Of a stretch of 64,000 nt of DNA, positions 14,101 through 27,286 are shown in pieces. Origin of the DNA: Callorhinchus milii (taxonomy: Eukaryota); the NCBI RefSeq assembly GCF_018977255.1, contig NW_024704743.1:7690001-7754000 (forward strand), given 5' to 3'. The stretch's first letter is position 1; the number at the start of each line of letters is the position of its first letter. Below the pieces are notes generated by a model. That model ran no database searches, was not told the origin of the DNA, and saw only the letters and a program-made list of their open reading frames with translations. Made by a program: the position numbers and the translations under genes.

Positions 14101-14699
14101 TTTCAATATTTAGCTTTGCATAACCAGTTTGGTGCAGTAGCTACCCTAAGTCCAAAAGTGTTGTATGTTGCTGTATGTTTGCTTGTATTACTTTAACTTT
14201 AACAACAGTTGAGCTTGCAGTTCATTTTCTGTAAAAGCTTATTGTGATCTTTGTTGATTCAAGTCCCACATTAGGACTTCATAGTCTCGGCAGATGTTCC
14301 AGTGCAACCCTGGGAGGTGTTGCGTTCATGAAAACGCCACCTGCAAATGAGAACTGTGGTCCCTGCTGCCTGCTGTGGTGGACGTGAAAGATCCTGTGAG
14401 ATCTGAAAAAGAGGAGCATATTTTTCCTGGTGTGCTGGCCAGCAGACTTCCACATTAATTCATCATTGAACTCATGATTCTTTGTGGGACCTTGTTACAT
14501 TGCCTACAAAACCATTCATTATACTTCCCAGTTATTACTATAAAGCCCTTTGACAATTTCTATGTGGGCAGGTGCTATTCACTGTGTCCTTAGGTGAAAG
14601 GCGCTATATGAAATGTAAAGCTTATTATTATTACAATGCCTCTGGATTGTTCCATCTGAGATATCTCTCTTCAAAGCTGAAAAGCCCGAGGATATCTTT

Positions 14700-15400
14700 T
14701 CCTCTTAGCTCATTCATCATGTAACACCTGGGATTCTTGTTGTTGCTCTCCAGAGCCTGGTCAATGTTTTAATGTTGATAACCATTGAAATCGGTTTGTA
14801 AAAGAATCTTTTGTACTTTATTAATGGTCTTTTGGAAGTCTAAACTCACTGTCATAGTTTTCAACTGCTAATTTATTATAATAATAATCAGCATTTGATG
14901 TAGCGCTTTACCATTTGGCTGAAATGTTTCAAAGTGCTTCACAGTACTTACTGTAAATAGTATAGAGTGTATTTGTAGACAAACACCTAGAATTTGAGAT
15001 GTAGTCAGGTTGGTTTGGGAAGATCTACTCCTTCCCAATTCATGTTGGATGTCATTTATTATGTTATTTTAGTGCAGGTACTCTTCCAAATCACTTCAAA
15101 TTATTGAGGTTAGGTTAATAGGCCTGTAGTTGCCAGGTATAGGTGTGTTATCTTTTTTGAAAATCAACCATACTTGGTGATTCTCAATCTGTCTGGACTT
15201 TTTTAGTGCACATTGTTTGCTTCAACGAGAAAGTTTACCTCACAAGTCCTAACCTCCCACCGGTCTCTCTAAATACTCTGGTGTATAGTTCATCTGTCCT
15301 GAGGATTTGTTGTCTGTCAGCCCCTTGAGCTTAACCAGAACCTCTTCTTGCTTATTCCAAAGCCCTGGAGCGCAGATGGCCCTGTGTTGTGGTGGGAGTG
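14700..15400 (-). mobile_element. Old degenerate CR1-type LINE ORF2 remnant
   Basis: Reverse complement of 15116-15138 encodes PGNYRPI; KSSG-like motif near 15300. Confidence 0.5.
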
Positions 15401-15643
15401 GATGATATGGTGGAAATAAACCTGTCAAGTAGTTGTCTTGCTGTTATTTATTATGTTCACTATTTTCTGTTTGTCTTCATTTTCTTTGGATCCCTGAGGG
15501 CCACAACTTGCTCTCTCGCTACCTCTTGCTTTTTGGAAGAATTTATCTCGAAGCATATGCAAAACAAATAAAGCCTGTTTTCTCCAGGCTCTCTAAATTC
15601 TCTTTTTAACCTATTCTGTTTCTGTAGTCTGATACTTGTCACC

Positions 15644-15680
15644 CTCCATTCTCCCCACAAGCTTTGTGGGGAGAATGGAG
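15644..15680. repeat. Perfect 17-bp inverted repeat with a 3-nt loop
   Basis: CTCCATTCTCCCCACAA-GCT-TTGTGGGGAGAATGGAG. Confidence 0.95.
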
Positions 15681-17190
15681 AATCTTTTGCATAATTTTCA
15701 TTTTACTGTTTTTTTAAGCCATCTTTTTTTTAAGACTTGCTCTCGCTGTACTTGCCTGGTGTATTTGGTTACCCGCTTGCAATGTTTCCTATGTTGTGAT
15801 TAAGTTCACTGTTTTTTGTCCATTGTTGACTGAGCTTTCAGCTGTCTCTGCCCCCCATCCTGCCCGCGCACCCATAACCCTACTCTTTCTGAGCTCACCG
15901 AGTCTGTGAGCAGTAGTGTTGTTATATGGACAAGATTGGAATCTCTCTGTGGTCATGCCTTGTTCTACCTGTCTCTGACCCTACCTACACTGTCCCATAA
16001 CAAATTGCCTCATGTTGTCAGTTATGTGCTTAGGCAAATCATGGAAAATTGTACTGTTTTAAGCTAAGTCTATTTTTGTTTTTAAAAAATGCTTTACTAT
16101 AGTCCATTGATTTCCAGCAAGTTTCATTTTCAATTTTCTTGCTGCACACTGCAGTGAATTGCTTCTAGCTAATCTCAGAATAGGTATTGAGTGGGAAAAG
16201 TCATTGTAGGAATGATATTTCGACCACAAAATATACAGTCGATTCACTTTATACTATATTCTGTGAAGCACTTTGAGACATCTCGAAGACCTGATAAGGC
16301 GCTATATCAAATTCAAGGATTATTTCTAACTGTGCTTCACAGTGAGTGGAAGGAGAAATACACCGTTTGTTATAGCAAGGCATTTTATGATTGCTCTTGT
16401 AACTGATGCATTGGTTGTTGTCCACTACACAGTGTTCAACCTCTGGTCCTATTTTCAGACATTTGTGTAAACCTATTAATGTTCCACTCATGTTTGACCA
16501 GCAGTGCACAAAGATTCATGTCCATTGTGAATACAAACCACGGTGTAGTGAAACACACATAGGAATAAGAAAGTTTAAACCTTTGAACTGGGATGTAGGA
16601 AGGTCAAGGACCGTAAATATAGATCTGTACTTTTGATTGTCAAACTAAATCAATACACTTCAGAGAAAGCCTTTTAGTTTTTCTTCTATTCTTGAATATT
16701 TCACCAAGAATGGCTGAGGAAATTGGTTTTGAAGTACTTGATTAAGCAATTAAGTTTTAGCAAGGCTTCTGTCTTGTAATGGAGCACAGCATCTACCTTT
16801 ATAGAATATTTTACATTACATTATAAGAAATTGTTCTTTCCCAATCCTGGAAACACTTCCTGACCTCTGCTACACTTGTGTCAAGGTGGGCACATCCTCT
16901 ATCCTACTCCTCGTCAGTTCACCACTTCTATAAAAGGCAGCCTGATATCCCGTCGTTATCCACTATTCATTTTTAATTTGTCCCAAATTACCCCAAAGCT
17001 CTGGAACTTCCAACCTCAATCCCTCCATCTTGTCCTCCTCTTTACCCATCGTGAATCACACCTGAAAACTTTTCTCTTTCACCTTGTCTTCAGTCACCTC
17101 CCCGCTCTTTCTAGCTTGGCATCAAACCATGTTGCTGTTAATTGCTCTGAGACACAATCTGCACGAAGAGCGCTACATTGTTGTAATTAC

Positions 17191-17455
17191 AGGAGTCCCG
17201 TAGTTCAGTGGTTAATGCGCTCGTCTTGCAAGCCAGAGGACCTGAGTTCGATTCTTGGGCGGGGCGAAACCTTGGGCAAGTTTTCTTACTCCAAATGCCT
17301 TTGTTTACCTAGCAGTAAGTCGGAACTCAGGTGTTAATCAATTGGCGGTTTGCTTTCCAGGGATAATGTGTCAGCCTGGTGCAGTGGGAGCACTCTCACC
17401 TCTGAGTCAGGAGGTTGTGGATTCAATCTGCACGTTGGGACTTGGAAGCTGACAT
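17191..17455 (+). mobile_element. Two adjacent SINE heads (tRNA-SINE 5' half, then a DeuSINE/SacSINE-like head)
   Basis: GGAGTCCCGTAGTTCAGTGG...GTTCGATTC, followed by GTCAGCCTGGTGCAGTGGGAGCACTCTCACCTCTGAGTCAG. Confidence 0.75.
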
Positions 17456-19223
17456 TAACAATCGATTTCCTCGTGTGTCACGACTGTCTTGATTTGCTTT
17501 TCATATCCTTTCTGGCATTTGCCTTCCGATCTGGAACAGACATTTTTTTTATTATGTACTCGTCTTTCCTAGTTTGCAGCTTCATGCAAAGTTAGATCAT
17601 GGTGTGACCTGATGCCATATCCTCTGAAAACAATGGATTATTTCACAGTCACTGGACTCTCTGCGTGTGATGAAGAGATCCCACTTCCAAAGCTTTGTGG
17701 ACTCTGTGGAATGGTGGAGCGGTGATGTCTACAGCAAACAAGTGAAGTTATTGTAACACTTGTTGAGAATATTGTCAGTTGCATTGGACTTTGAAGTGAA
17801 CTCCAGTATTCCTCATGTCCATATTCTGGGACTTTTGAAAAGTGAGTGGGTTTTAAACAATTTTGACCTTCCAAGGTGATTTCAAGACATGGTTTGCTTG
17901 AAGAAAAGAGCTTTGTGATTTAGATTGAAGCATACTGTAAATGTCAATGCCTGTATATCCTGTGAAGTATAGTAACCTAGCACTATTAAGTAAGGGGCCA
18001 TACAAAACAATGTAGGATATTAATTTTTTGAATGGCATGCTGTGAAGTCATGAAACTAAATTTGGTTTAGCAACGACATGTATCGAATCCCAAGTATTTG
18101 CATTTAATATACACCATTCAACTAGTATGGGTTCCAAAACAGCTTATTGAGCTTTTAAATTAAATTTGGGTTTATTCAATGTGCATTGAGCCAATGTTTT
18201 TGTTTCAAGAGTGTTGTAAGTTTCTTTTAAATGTGGGATTTTCCATCAACTGCTCTTGAAAACCAAACCTAATTGCCCCCTGTAGATTTTCAGTTCTTCC
18301 AAACCATCTGAGCTCCTGGAGTCTGCATTGATGTTATTGTATACCTTTCATGAAACGTAATGTATTGAATTTCGACATGTTGGCTCAACCCAGTTAGGAA
18401 TTTTTTCTGTATGTGTAAATTATTTTAAGGTAATATTTTTTTTGTGTCTGTTTGAGAAGCTGGGAAACTATTGCTTAAATAGATTTTTTTTCCTGCCCTC
18501 CCATCCAAGAACTGGCTTTGGAAGCTAAAGACCATCAGATCTTATCTGCTGTGTGTGCATCTATTCCCCACTTACAGCATAGTGATAAACTGCCTCATTG
18601 GAACAAGTGCTTATTAATGTGTCTGCTGTACCCAATGTAGGTTAACAAATGAGCAAGAATTATAGTGATGACGACCCTTAAAATCAGGCTGAAGGAAGGC
18701 TCTTCTATCTCATCTCTCCATTGGACCTGAGCGTGGGGCTTTGGTAATCGTATCTAAAGAATAAATGGCCAATACTGTAGCCATAGATTTGCATATTTCT
18801 GTCCAAATCCTCCATTCATCATCCTGTTATTAGGGTCGGCTGACTTGCTACCAGGCTTCCTGCACCAAAGCAGGCCCTGATACAGACGGAAGGACATACA
18901 AGTTTTTTCTGGAGTGACTTGTCTTACTTCTATTTGGCATCTACCCGAAGCTGCAATCCTGCAGCTTATCACTCAGACCTGCTAAGTTTGCTTTGACTGA
19001 CCTCCCCTAATGTGGGAAAACCCAAGCTGACGTTATTTAAACATACTCAACTCCTTTCTGCCTCCTTCTCATTACTGCATTTTGTTACGTTTTAATACTT
19101 TTACAAGATCTCTACATTTTACAGCTATTAATTTCAAGTTGAGCATTTAATCCTGTGGTTTTGACAGCAGAAATGTTAGCCGTTTGCCAGGGTTATTTGT
19201 GCAGGTTCTTGTATGTTGAAAGG

Positions 19224-19322
19224 TGAGTCATCTCATCTGGTGGAAGGGTGCTGGTTGTTCACTGAGGTAAACAGTCTACAGCCTACACGCCAACCAGTCA
19301 ATCTGTGCATTGCCTTATTTGG
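19224..19322. promoter_or_regulatory. Candidate enhancer motif cluster: AP-1 (TGAGTCA 19224-19230), FOX (GTAAACA 19267-19273), CArG (CCTTATTTGG 19313-19322)
   Basis: Three consensus sites within 100 bp of non-repetitive sequence. Confidence 0.35.
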
Positions 19323-20117
19323 GTAAGCAACTAGGATCAGAGACATGGGACGTACTGTGCAGGATTGCAGAAACTTGAGAGCATTCTCCTAGAATTGAGG
19401 AGACCCTGTGATGTGACCCAGTACATTTTTTTTCAGGAATATGATGAAATCCTTGCACCGAACTATTCTTTATCTATTTGCACCCCCTTTGACCTGCAGT
19501 GTTTTCAATAGATGCTGTGATTCAGAGAAAGATGACTGATGAATGCACTTGATGCTGCCAAGTTGCTTTATTCAGAGTCTTACTATTACTCTCAATTCTG
19601 TACAAAAGACATTGCAGTTTTGGCCTTTTACCCAGTTTTCTGGTGATTTATTGGGACTTTTTGAGTAAAGAATTGTTCGAAGCTTTTTGGGGGATAGTGA
19701 CACATGCATTCAAGTAGTTCAGCGTAATTACATTACCAGAAAGATTGATATTGAGCTCCTGGCAGTGGTGAAATCCACCACTATCTATGAGAATCTTGGC
19801 TTGGGAAGTTAGAATGAAGGCTCTTAAGATTTCCTGCAAGGGGCAAAGGTTTCGAAGCATTCACTTAGGGATAAGTGCAGCACTTTTCAATTTGATTAAA
19901 TAAGAGTAAATAATAATTGGACAATAACTTATGTGGAAAATGTAATAATTTAGAGTTATGACCTTCATGACTGTCTTCTTAAACAGTGTTTCTTTTCTAT
20001 AGTTTCAAGAAACAGTTCTGGAACTGTTCTCATGATCTCTGCATATATTTTTTGAAATGGAGGAGAGCGACGTCCTGGTTTTTGTATATAGTGTGTGTTT
20101 GTGTATACACACATTGT

Positions 20118-20370
20118 AATAATAATAATCTGCATTTGATATAGCGCCTTATCACCTCTTTGAGAAGTCTCAAAGCGCTTTGCAGGATATACTGTTAAGT
20201 GGATTGACTGTATTTTGTGGCTAAATTATTATTTCCAGTAGACAGTTTGTGCACAGCAATATCCCACAAACAGTCATGGAGTGAGCGACTAATTTTTTAT
20301 TTAGAGGATTGTTGGCTAGGACAGCGGGAGAAACACCCTTCTCTTTTCGAATGGTTTTACGGGATCTGTA
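20118..20370 (-). mobile_element. SINE 3' portion
   Basis: (AAT)n TGCATTTGATATAGCGCC, the reverse complement of the SINE tail. Confidence 0.8.
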
Positions 20371-21403
20371 ACATCCGCATCGTCAAAGAGAACCTTTTGA
20401 GAAGTCAAAGACTGTACTATGAATTATAACAGAAGGGTTACATTGAAAGAAAAAAAGATAGCCACCTGCATAGGTTTGGTGGAGAACCATAATGATTGTC
20501 CTGAACTAGTTCTGCCACTGACCTGATGCCTCCTCTATCATTGCCACTGACTGCTCTCAGTGCATTGGTTCTTGTCAATGTGGTCAAATGCCCTGTAGCA
20601 AAGGGAAGAGAGGGAAAAAATCTTGAGAACTAAGTCACTCCATCACTATTCAACATCAGGGCCACCTGGGGCAGTGTCCCACAAGCCTTGGGGATATTCC
20701 AGTGAGCAAAACAATTCCAGCTTCCAATCAGATGAGATTGATTTATTTTCATTAGAGATTAATGTTGTGTTTATCCCCAAGATGTAAATTGATACATTAT
20801 CGTGGAACCTACAATGCACTCATCTTCTATATCACAGGCAACCCTTCTGGCATCTACCTGTTAATCCTATGAGCTTTTCAAAGAATAGCCATGAGCTAAA
20901 ACATGATAATAGAAAATCTACAGAGATGACCCTGTTCAAGTATTCAATTATCCCATGCATTCCTCTGCAGGATTCAATGCTCCGTGACTAATTTAGAAAC
21001 ATTGGCTGTTTAAAGCATTCACCCAGGTCTTTACAGCCCCCCTCCCCCCACAATCTCTGGACAGATTAAGCACAAGCAGCACCAAGAGCATTGAATAGCA
21101 CTCTCATTAATGTTCCTCAGTAAGATGTGTATCAGAAGTAAAAAATTAAAAGTTCCAAGTCCCATTCTTTCCTGCAAACTGCTCAAAGGTCTTCTACCAA
21201 ACAGTTGTTAAACTGACAGCTGGGAGACTGTGGAAGTCGCTGCTGGAAGCTGTGGTTGCAGCAAAAAGATTTGATGAATTTAAGAGGATAGTTGACAAAT
21301 ATATGAGGGGAAAGGGAATGGAGGCGTATAAGTGAGAGGATTAGGAAAAGTGGGGGGTGGGGGCAAGTGTGGAGTATAAACACTGGCACAGAATTGTTGG
21401 CCC

Positions 21404-22825
21404 TACCTACCGTCGCCTCCCAGCTGCGCTCTTTCCTCTCCAACCATTCACTATTCGAACCCCTTCAATCGGGTTTCCGTGCTGCCCATAGCACAGAAAC
21501 TGCCCTGGTCAAGGTCACCAATGACATCCTGACCATCTGTGACCAGGGCTCCCTCTGCCTCCTCGTCCTCCTCGACCTATCGGCAGCATTCAATACGGTT
21601 GACCACGCTATCCTCCTCCACCGCTTGTCCTCCCACCTAAACCTTCAAGGCACTGTCCTTGAGTGGTTTAGGTCGTACCTCTCCCACCGTCTTCACTTTG
21701 TCTCCTCAAATGGTTTTTCCTCCGGCCCCCGCACTGTCTCGTGCGGTGTCCCTCAAGACTCTGTCCTCGGTCCCCTCCTCTTCACCCTCTATATGCATCC
21801 GCAGACATGGGGTTAACTTCCACATGTATGCGGATGACACCCAACTCTACCTTTCCTCCTCTACCCTCAACTCCACGACCACCGATGTCCTGACAGCTGC
21901 CTGTCCGACATCGAGTCCTGGACGAGAGATAACTTTCTCCAGCTCAACGTACGCAAAACTGAGGCCCTCCTGATTGGCTCACGTCAGCGCCTCCGCACCT
22001 CAGGCGCTGACAGCATCAGCATCCAAGGCTGCACTCTCCACCTCTCAAAGTCAGTCAGGAACCTCGGCGTTTTGTTCGACCCTGAGCTGTCCTTTCTCCC
22101 CCATATCCGCGCCACAACTGGCACCGCCTTCCATCACCTCCGGAATGTCGCCAGACTACGGCACTACCTCACCCCTCACGCTGCTGAAACCCTGGTCCAC
22201 GCCTTTATCACCTCAAGGCTGGACTATGGGAACTCTCTCCTCGCCGGCCTTCCCGCACCTCCCTCCACAAGCTGCAGGTCATTCAGAACTCTGCAGCTCG
22301 TGTACTGTCCCGCACCAGGCTTCGGGACCACATCACTCCCACCCTCGCTCGCCTCCACTGGCTCCCCATCCCCCAGAGGATCGAATTCAAGATCCTCATC
22401 CTCACCTACAAGGCCATTCACGGCCTCGCTCCCTCCTACCTCTCCGACCTACTATCCCCCTACCTACCCGCCCGTACTCTCCGTTCCTCTGGCTCCGGTC
22501 TGCTCCACATCCCCCGCCCCAACCGCCCTACTATCGGTGGCCGGGCCTTCAGCCTCTCAGCCCCTAGGCTCTGGAACTCTATCCCCCAGTCCCTTCGCCG
22601 CCTCCTCCCTTTCCTCCTTCAAGGCCGGTCTCAAGACCTTTCTCTTTGACCGTGTCTTCAGCTCCCCTCTCGACTCTCTACCCCCTCCTCGCTCCCTCCC
22701 TTCCCTCCCCTCACCCTGACCATTTTCCCCCGAACGCTCGGGTCCTGACCCAACTGTACAGCGCCTTGGGACGTCCTCCCGACGTGAAAGGCGCTCAATA
22801 AATGGAATCTTGTTGTTGTTGTTGT
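21404..22825 (+). mobile_element. 5'-truncated L2-clade LINE with frameshifted reverse transcriptase and intact 3' tail
   Basis: RT motifs [37 protein letters not shown] and YADD (21827-21838); C-terminal SRLDYGNSLL and LHWLP-type motifs; 3' end GACGTGAAAGGCGCTCAATAAATGG followed by (TTG)n; several frameshifts. Confidence 0.93.
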
Positions 22826-23339
22826 TTCTGTGCTATGCAACTAGGAACCGTGATTGATTTGTTGCAGGTCGGAGTGCTGTTTGGAAGGGAAGAGAGAGGG
22901 GGCGCAGTAGGTTCCTGGCGATCTTAGAGGTTCTTTCCCAGTTTGAATAGCACCAGGAACCTTAAAGTGATGCTACCACCATTGGTTTGTGATGTTTTGC
23001 AACATTAGTGAAGCATTTTTACATGAAAAACATGAACAAAATATATTTTTCTCCCCTGACCTGAACGTATTTTCTTCCCTTTCGAGAAACTGTTTGACTC
23101 CTTTTTCCCTTTTACCCAAGTACAGATCCATGGGTACCAGGCATCCCCAGGCCCCTTGCCCAAGAAGCTATTCTAATAATAATCCTTGCATTTGATAGAC
23201 CACCTTATCATGTTGTTGAGATGTCTCAATATACTGTAAAGTGGATTAACTGTGTATTTTATGGATGAAATTATTATTCATCTGTGAACCTTAATGATGA
23301 GTATTTCGCAGGCTGTTCTACTTTGTGCATCACAGTGGA

Positions 23340-23565
23340 ATCCACTCCTGTCCCAGCCCTATGTCCATACTTATACACAAACACACAAGCTTTCAGGATG
23401 GGGTCTCTGAACAACAATTATTTGTAGGAGCCCTGGCTAATTTTATTCCCCTTGGGGCACCAAAGCTAATTGATAGCTCCCCAGCTGCTGTCTGAGTTAA
23501 GATCAGCTAACTCAGCACAGACTGGGGTTAGAATTTCTGACCTCCTGGTCTACAGGGCTCCGTGC
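23340..23565 (-). mobile_element. Ancient tRNA-derived SINE (AmnSINE2-like by recall); related fragment at about 39120-39285 (-)
   Basis: Minus strand reads AGACCAGGAGGTC...GTCTGTGCTGAGTTAGCTGATC; the 39.2-kb fragment reads CCTGATCGCTATCCAG on the minus strand. Confidence 0.5.
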
Positions 23566-23569
23566 TACA

Positions 23570-24120
23570 TCAACAACAACAACTTGCATTTATATAACGA
23601 CACTCATGCAGGGTAGCGTCCCCAGAGCCCTTGACAGTGGCGAAGCATGATGCCGAGCTGACAGGAGGGGGCGGTGACTGTAGGCATGGTCGAATAGGTC
23701 TTCAGGCGCGACCTGAAGATAGAGAAGGGGCAAGGGGAAGGGATAGAGAAAGAGTGTTCCAGAGTTTTGGGGCGAACTGGTTGAAAGCGCGGCTGCCAAG
23801 AGGGCATGAGGGACATACTGGAGGCCTGAGCCAGTCGAGCGGAGGCAGTGGGTTGGGGGTTGAGCAGATTGGAGAGGTAGGGAGGTGCCAGGACATGAAG
23901 GGATTTGAAAACGAGTGTGAGGATCTTGAAATCGATCCGTTCGGCGATATGGAGCCAGTGGAGCCTGGCTAGAACTGGTGTGACGGGGGTATGGAGTTTA
24001 GTATGGGTGGGTATGGAGGCGGTGGATTTTTAGATCAGCTGGATCCTGGGCATGATGGAGCTGGGGAGACCGGAAAAGAGGGCATTTGAGAAGTCCAGTC
24101 AGGAGGTGACAAAGCATGGA
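23570..24120 (-). mobile_element. L2 LINE 3' fragment
   Basis: (CAA)n ACTTGCATTTAT tail on + strand; APKLWNTL-type translation on the minus strand. Confidence 0.85.
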
Positions 24121-25042
24121 CGACATCAGGCAGTGCCTTACCTGCCAGGCCACTGGGGGAGCTTGCGAAAATAATTTTCAAAGCTTTGGGCTTTTATTAA
24201 AATGCCAGAGTGTTAAAAAGCCTTTAAAATTTATTTTCCTTTTGAAATGGATATTGCAATTTTAAACATCTGCATCAATTGTGACTCCAACCTTTTCTGT
24301 GCAGTGGTGCTGGGTGACAGCCCTGGGAACGTTTTCTAATAGTTTGGGAAATTTATGTTGAGATTCACTTTTTAACAACTGCAGTGACACAATAGTCTGT
24401 CAGTTCAGAGTGCTTTGTAAATTATAGTCTCCACTTTAAGTCTTCCTCTTGTGTGCGTTATCAGCCACTGCCTCGGTTATTTTCTGTACGTTTGCCACAA
24501 AGGGAGCTCATGTGTTGATCATAAATCGTAGTTATTTCAACATTTTTTGGCTTTGCTTTGGTCTTCTAAAGTGTTCAGCATAATGTTCTAGTTATGCTGA
24601 GCCAATCCTCTGGATATTTTTGAGCTGATATTACCTTCTAGTTGAGCATTCCTTACAGTTTGCGACTATTTAAGAGATGAGTGGAATTTCTTGTCTACTG
24701 GAGGCGGTTGGTTTTTTGATTCTCAGAAGCCTGTGTCTCACTTGTTCCTGTTCTATTTCTCTTCTTCTGCCTGAAACAGGAACATATGTTGTGACTTGCC
24801 ACGGATCTGTAGCAGTTTATTATAATCTTTCAATCTCTGTCATCCAGTCTGTTTTAGCATTTCATTGTGCCTAATTTCTGCTTGTAATCTGATTAGCATC
24901 ATGAGCTGCTTTAAACTGCAGCCTATTGCCTCGCCTATTCCCCTCAGCCCATCGCGAGCTTGACAGCTCCAGCGCTGTGCTGTGCCGTCAGAAAAAAAAT
25001 CTCTACACCTTACTGTGTAGACAGGCCTAGCTTTGTGTCTGG

Positions 25043-25049
25043 TATATAA
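25043..25049 (+). promoter_or_regulatory. TATA box (TATATAA) of a putative alternative promoter
   Basis: TATATAA about 45 nt upstream of the Kozak ATG at 25094. Confidence 0.45.
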
Positions 25050-25093
25050 TTAGCTGCTACTTGTGGTCACTTGAAACCTTGATTCCTGCAACC

Positions 25094-25151
25094 ATGTTCA
25101 GAAATCCGTGGCTTGCTGGTTATGCTCGAAGAGTAACGTACTGCGGTCAAG
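25094..25151 (+). CDS. SVIL: Candidate alternative first coding exon of supervillin (MFRNPWLAGYARRVTYCGQ + G)
   Basis: GCAACCATG Kozak context, 58 nt open frame, CAAG/GTAAGT donor at 25152 in phase 1; compatible with the open phase-1 5' part of exon 44984-45041. Confidence 0.6.
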
Positions 25152-26659
25152 GTAAGTGCCAAAAAATGTGCCGTGGAACAGCACATCGTCGAAGTGCCCT
25201 TGTGTGCATTCTCTGTCTGGTTCCAAGGGCAATAGCGAACAATAGACTTGTAGATCAGCAAAGATCTTTTAATACGTACTGTCCATCTACATTTAAATTG
25301 CAGTGTGTCTGAATCTGTGTGAATGCTTAATATTAATAGATGCCAGTCCGTTTTCCTTTCTTGCTAAAGGATTGCTCTCTCTACGGCAGCCTATGTAGAA
25401 ATAGGGGGAGGGGAGGGCTATTAGCACATCTTTGTTTACAGTGCATGAATGAGAACTGAATATTGCTACAGCTGCTTAAGTTCCGCAGAAATACTCTTAA
25501 GGGAAGAGAAGTCTATTTGTATAAATCCACACAGTTTGCATGGAAAAATAAAATCTGCGGAAATGGTAGAGAATTACATTGCACTTTTCTAGACAAGTTG
25601 CGTGAAGTTGATTTATATATACAGATTCGAGGCTGGTACAGTATGTGTTTCGTATACACCGCTGCACCGATCCTGAAAAAATATGGAATGAGTTCATTTT
25701 CTTCTGGCAGTGCTTTTCCCAAAGAAAATAAGGCCTTTAGATCAGAAGTACTGTAGGCTAGGATAGTGTGTAACAGCTCTGTGTTTGTTAGGCATTTTGC
25801 ATTCATTGAACTGTGTTCCGGTATTCTGCTGCATTTGTCCAGCTTGTGTTTACGAGCCCTGAATACCATATTGGGACCTCGTCCCGGAGTGAAAGGCGCT
25901 ATACAAATATCATTTTGTTGTTATTTTGTTGTATTATTCAAGCTTATACAGTTCACGCCAAACCTATTATGTTTTGGTAAAGATGCAGAGTTAAGGATCA
26001 GAAGTAATGCAGTGAACTAAGCTGACTTACCCAATCCTTGCATGTTAATTCTCAGTACAATGTTTTAAACCTATAAAGAGGGGTTTTGGACTACTATTCT
26101 GCCTGCGATACACAAATTATCTATTGCCTTATGCAGGTTATGTCCCTGTGTAGACATTTGGCTATCCTACCCAAATGGTGCTGTAGAATTAAAGAGTTAA
26201 TTTAACTAATCTAGCTATTTGACTTTATTTTCTGGGCACTCTGTCTCTCTGGGGAAAGGGGAGGGGGAGAGAGGAGAAACTTGTTTCTTTTCAAATTTGA
26301 TGGTCCAGCTGAACCTCACGATGAACAGAATACCTTCTTGAACATAACTGGTTCATACACCTTAACTCGTGAGCTTACTAATGAGCAAACTGCTCCATAA
26401 ATTTGCATTTTCGAAAGTTGGGAGCATAATTTGTGAATGCAGCATTGTTTTCTGGCCTTTCTGCAAAGTACATTCTGCTCTGTACAGTGGCCCCTTTGTT
26501 GCATAGGTGTTGTGTTTCCTTTTTTGTGGCCTGACACCTGGGAAAAGTATTGCAATGTTTTGATTTGGTAATCTGGCCAAACCCCATTGGTTACTCTCTA
26601 GTCACCATAATATGCAGGTGTAGTTTTATTAGCAAAAGGCTTTGTCTTACTTGATTCAT

Positions 26660-26950
26660 GTCAGCCTGGCTTAGTTGGTATCTCTTTTGTCTCTGAGTCG
26701 GAATTTGTGGGTTCGAACCCTACGTTGGGACGTTGAGCTCACAGTCCAAACCTGGGGTTAGTGCTGCATTGTCGGAGATGCTGTCCTTTGATTGAAACAT
26801 TAAACTGCGGTCCTGTCTGTAGAGGTTCAATTGGACATTGCACTATTCGAAAAGAGTTTCTCCCAGTGTCCCGGCCACCAAACCCCCAGATAAAATTGGT
26901 CATTCACTTCATTGCTATTTGAGGGATATTATTGTGTGTAAATTGACTGC
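26660..26950 (+). mobile_element. DeuSINE (SacSINE1/AmnSINE1-like) element
   Basis: GTCAGCCTGGCTTAGTTGGTA...CTCTGAGTCGG head; GTGCTGCATTGTCGGAGATGCTGTC and TTAAACTGCGGTCCTGTCTG resemble the Deu domain (family name from recall). Confidence 0.7.
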
Positions 26951-26961
26951 CATGCTCAAAG

Positions 26962-27286
26962 ATAATAATAATAATAATAATAATCCTTGCATTTGATATA
27001 GCGCTTTTCACGTCAGGAGGACGTCCCAAAGCGCTTCACAGAACACACTGTAAAGTGAATTGACTGTACATTTGTGGGCGAACGCGGCAGCCAATTGCGC
27101 ACAGCAATGTCCCACAAACAGTCGTAGATTGAAAATGACCAATTTATTATTGTTTTTTGTTTTGGAGGGATTATTAGGCTCTGTGTGGAGTCAGGAAACT
27201 TGCCCAAGGTTTCGCCCTCTGCCGGGAATTGAACTTGGGTCTCTCGCTTGCAAAGCGAGTGCTCTAACCACTGAGCTACAGGACTC
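26962..27286 (-). mobile_element. Near full-length tRNA-derived SINE
   Basis: Minus strand GAGTCCTGTAGCTCAGTGGTTAGAGC...GTTCAATTCC head; AAATGCAAGGATT(ATT)n tail. Confidence 0.9.

Noticed and set aside
21367..22719. Reverse transcriptase ORFs as a functional gene or a novel RT system
   Set aside because: 5'-truncated, multiply frameshifted L2 LINE with a typical 3' tail
27213..27286. tRNA-like sequence on the minus strand (also at 17191, 37110-37177 and 53345-53417)
   Set aside because: Each continues directly into the SINE body and the copies are divergent; these are SINE heads, not tRNA genes
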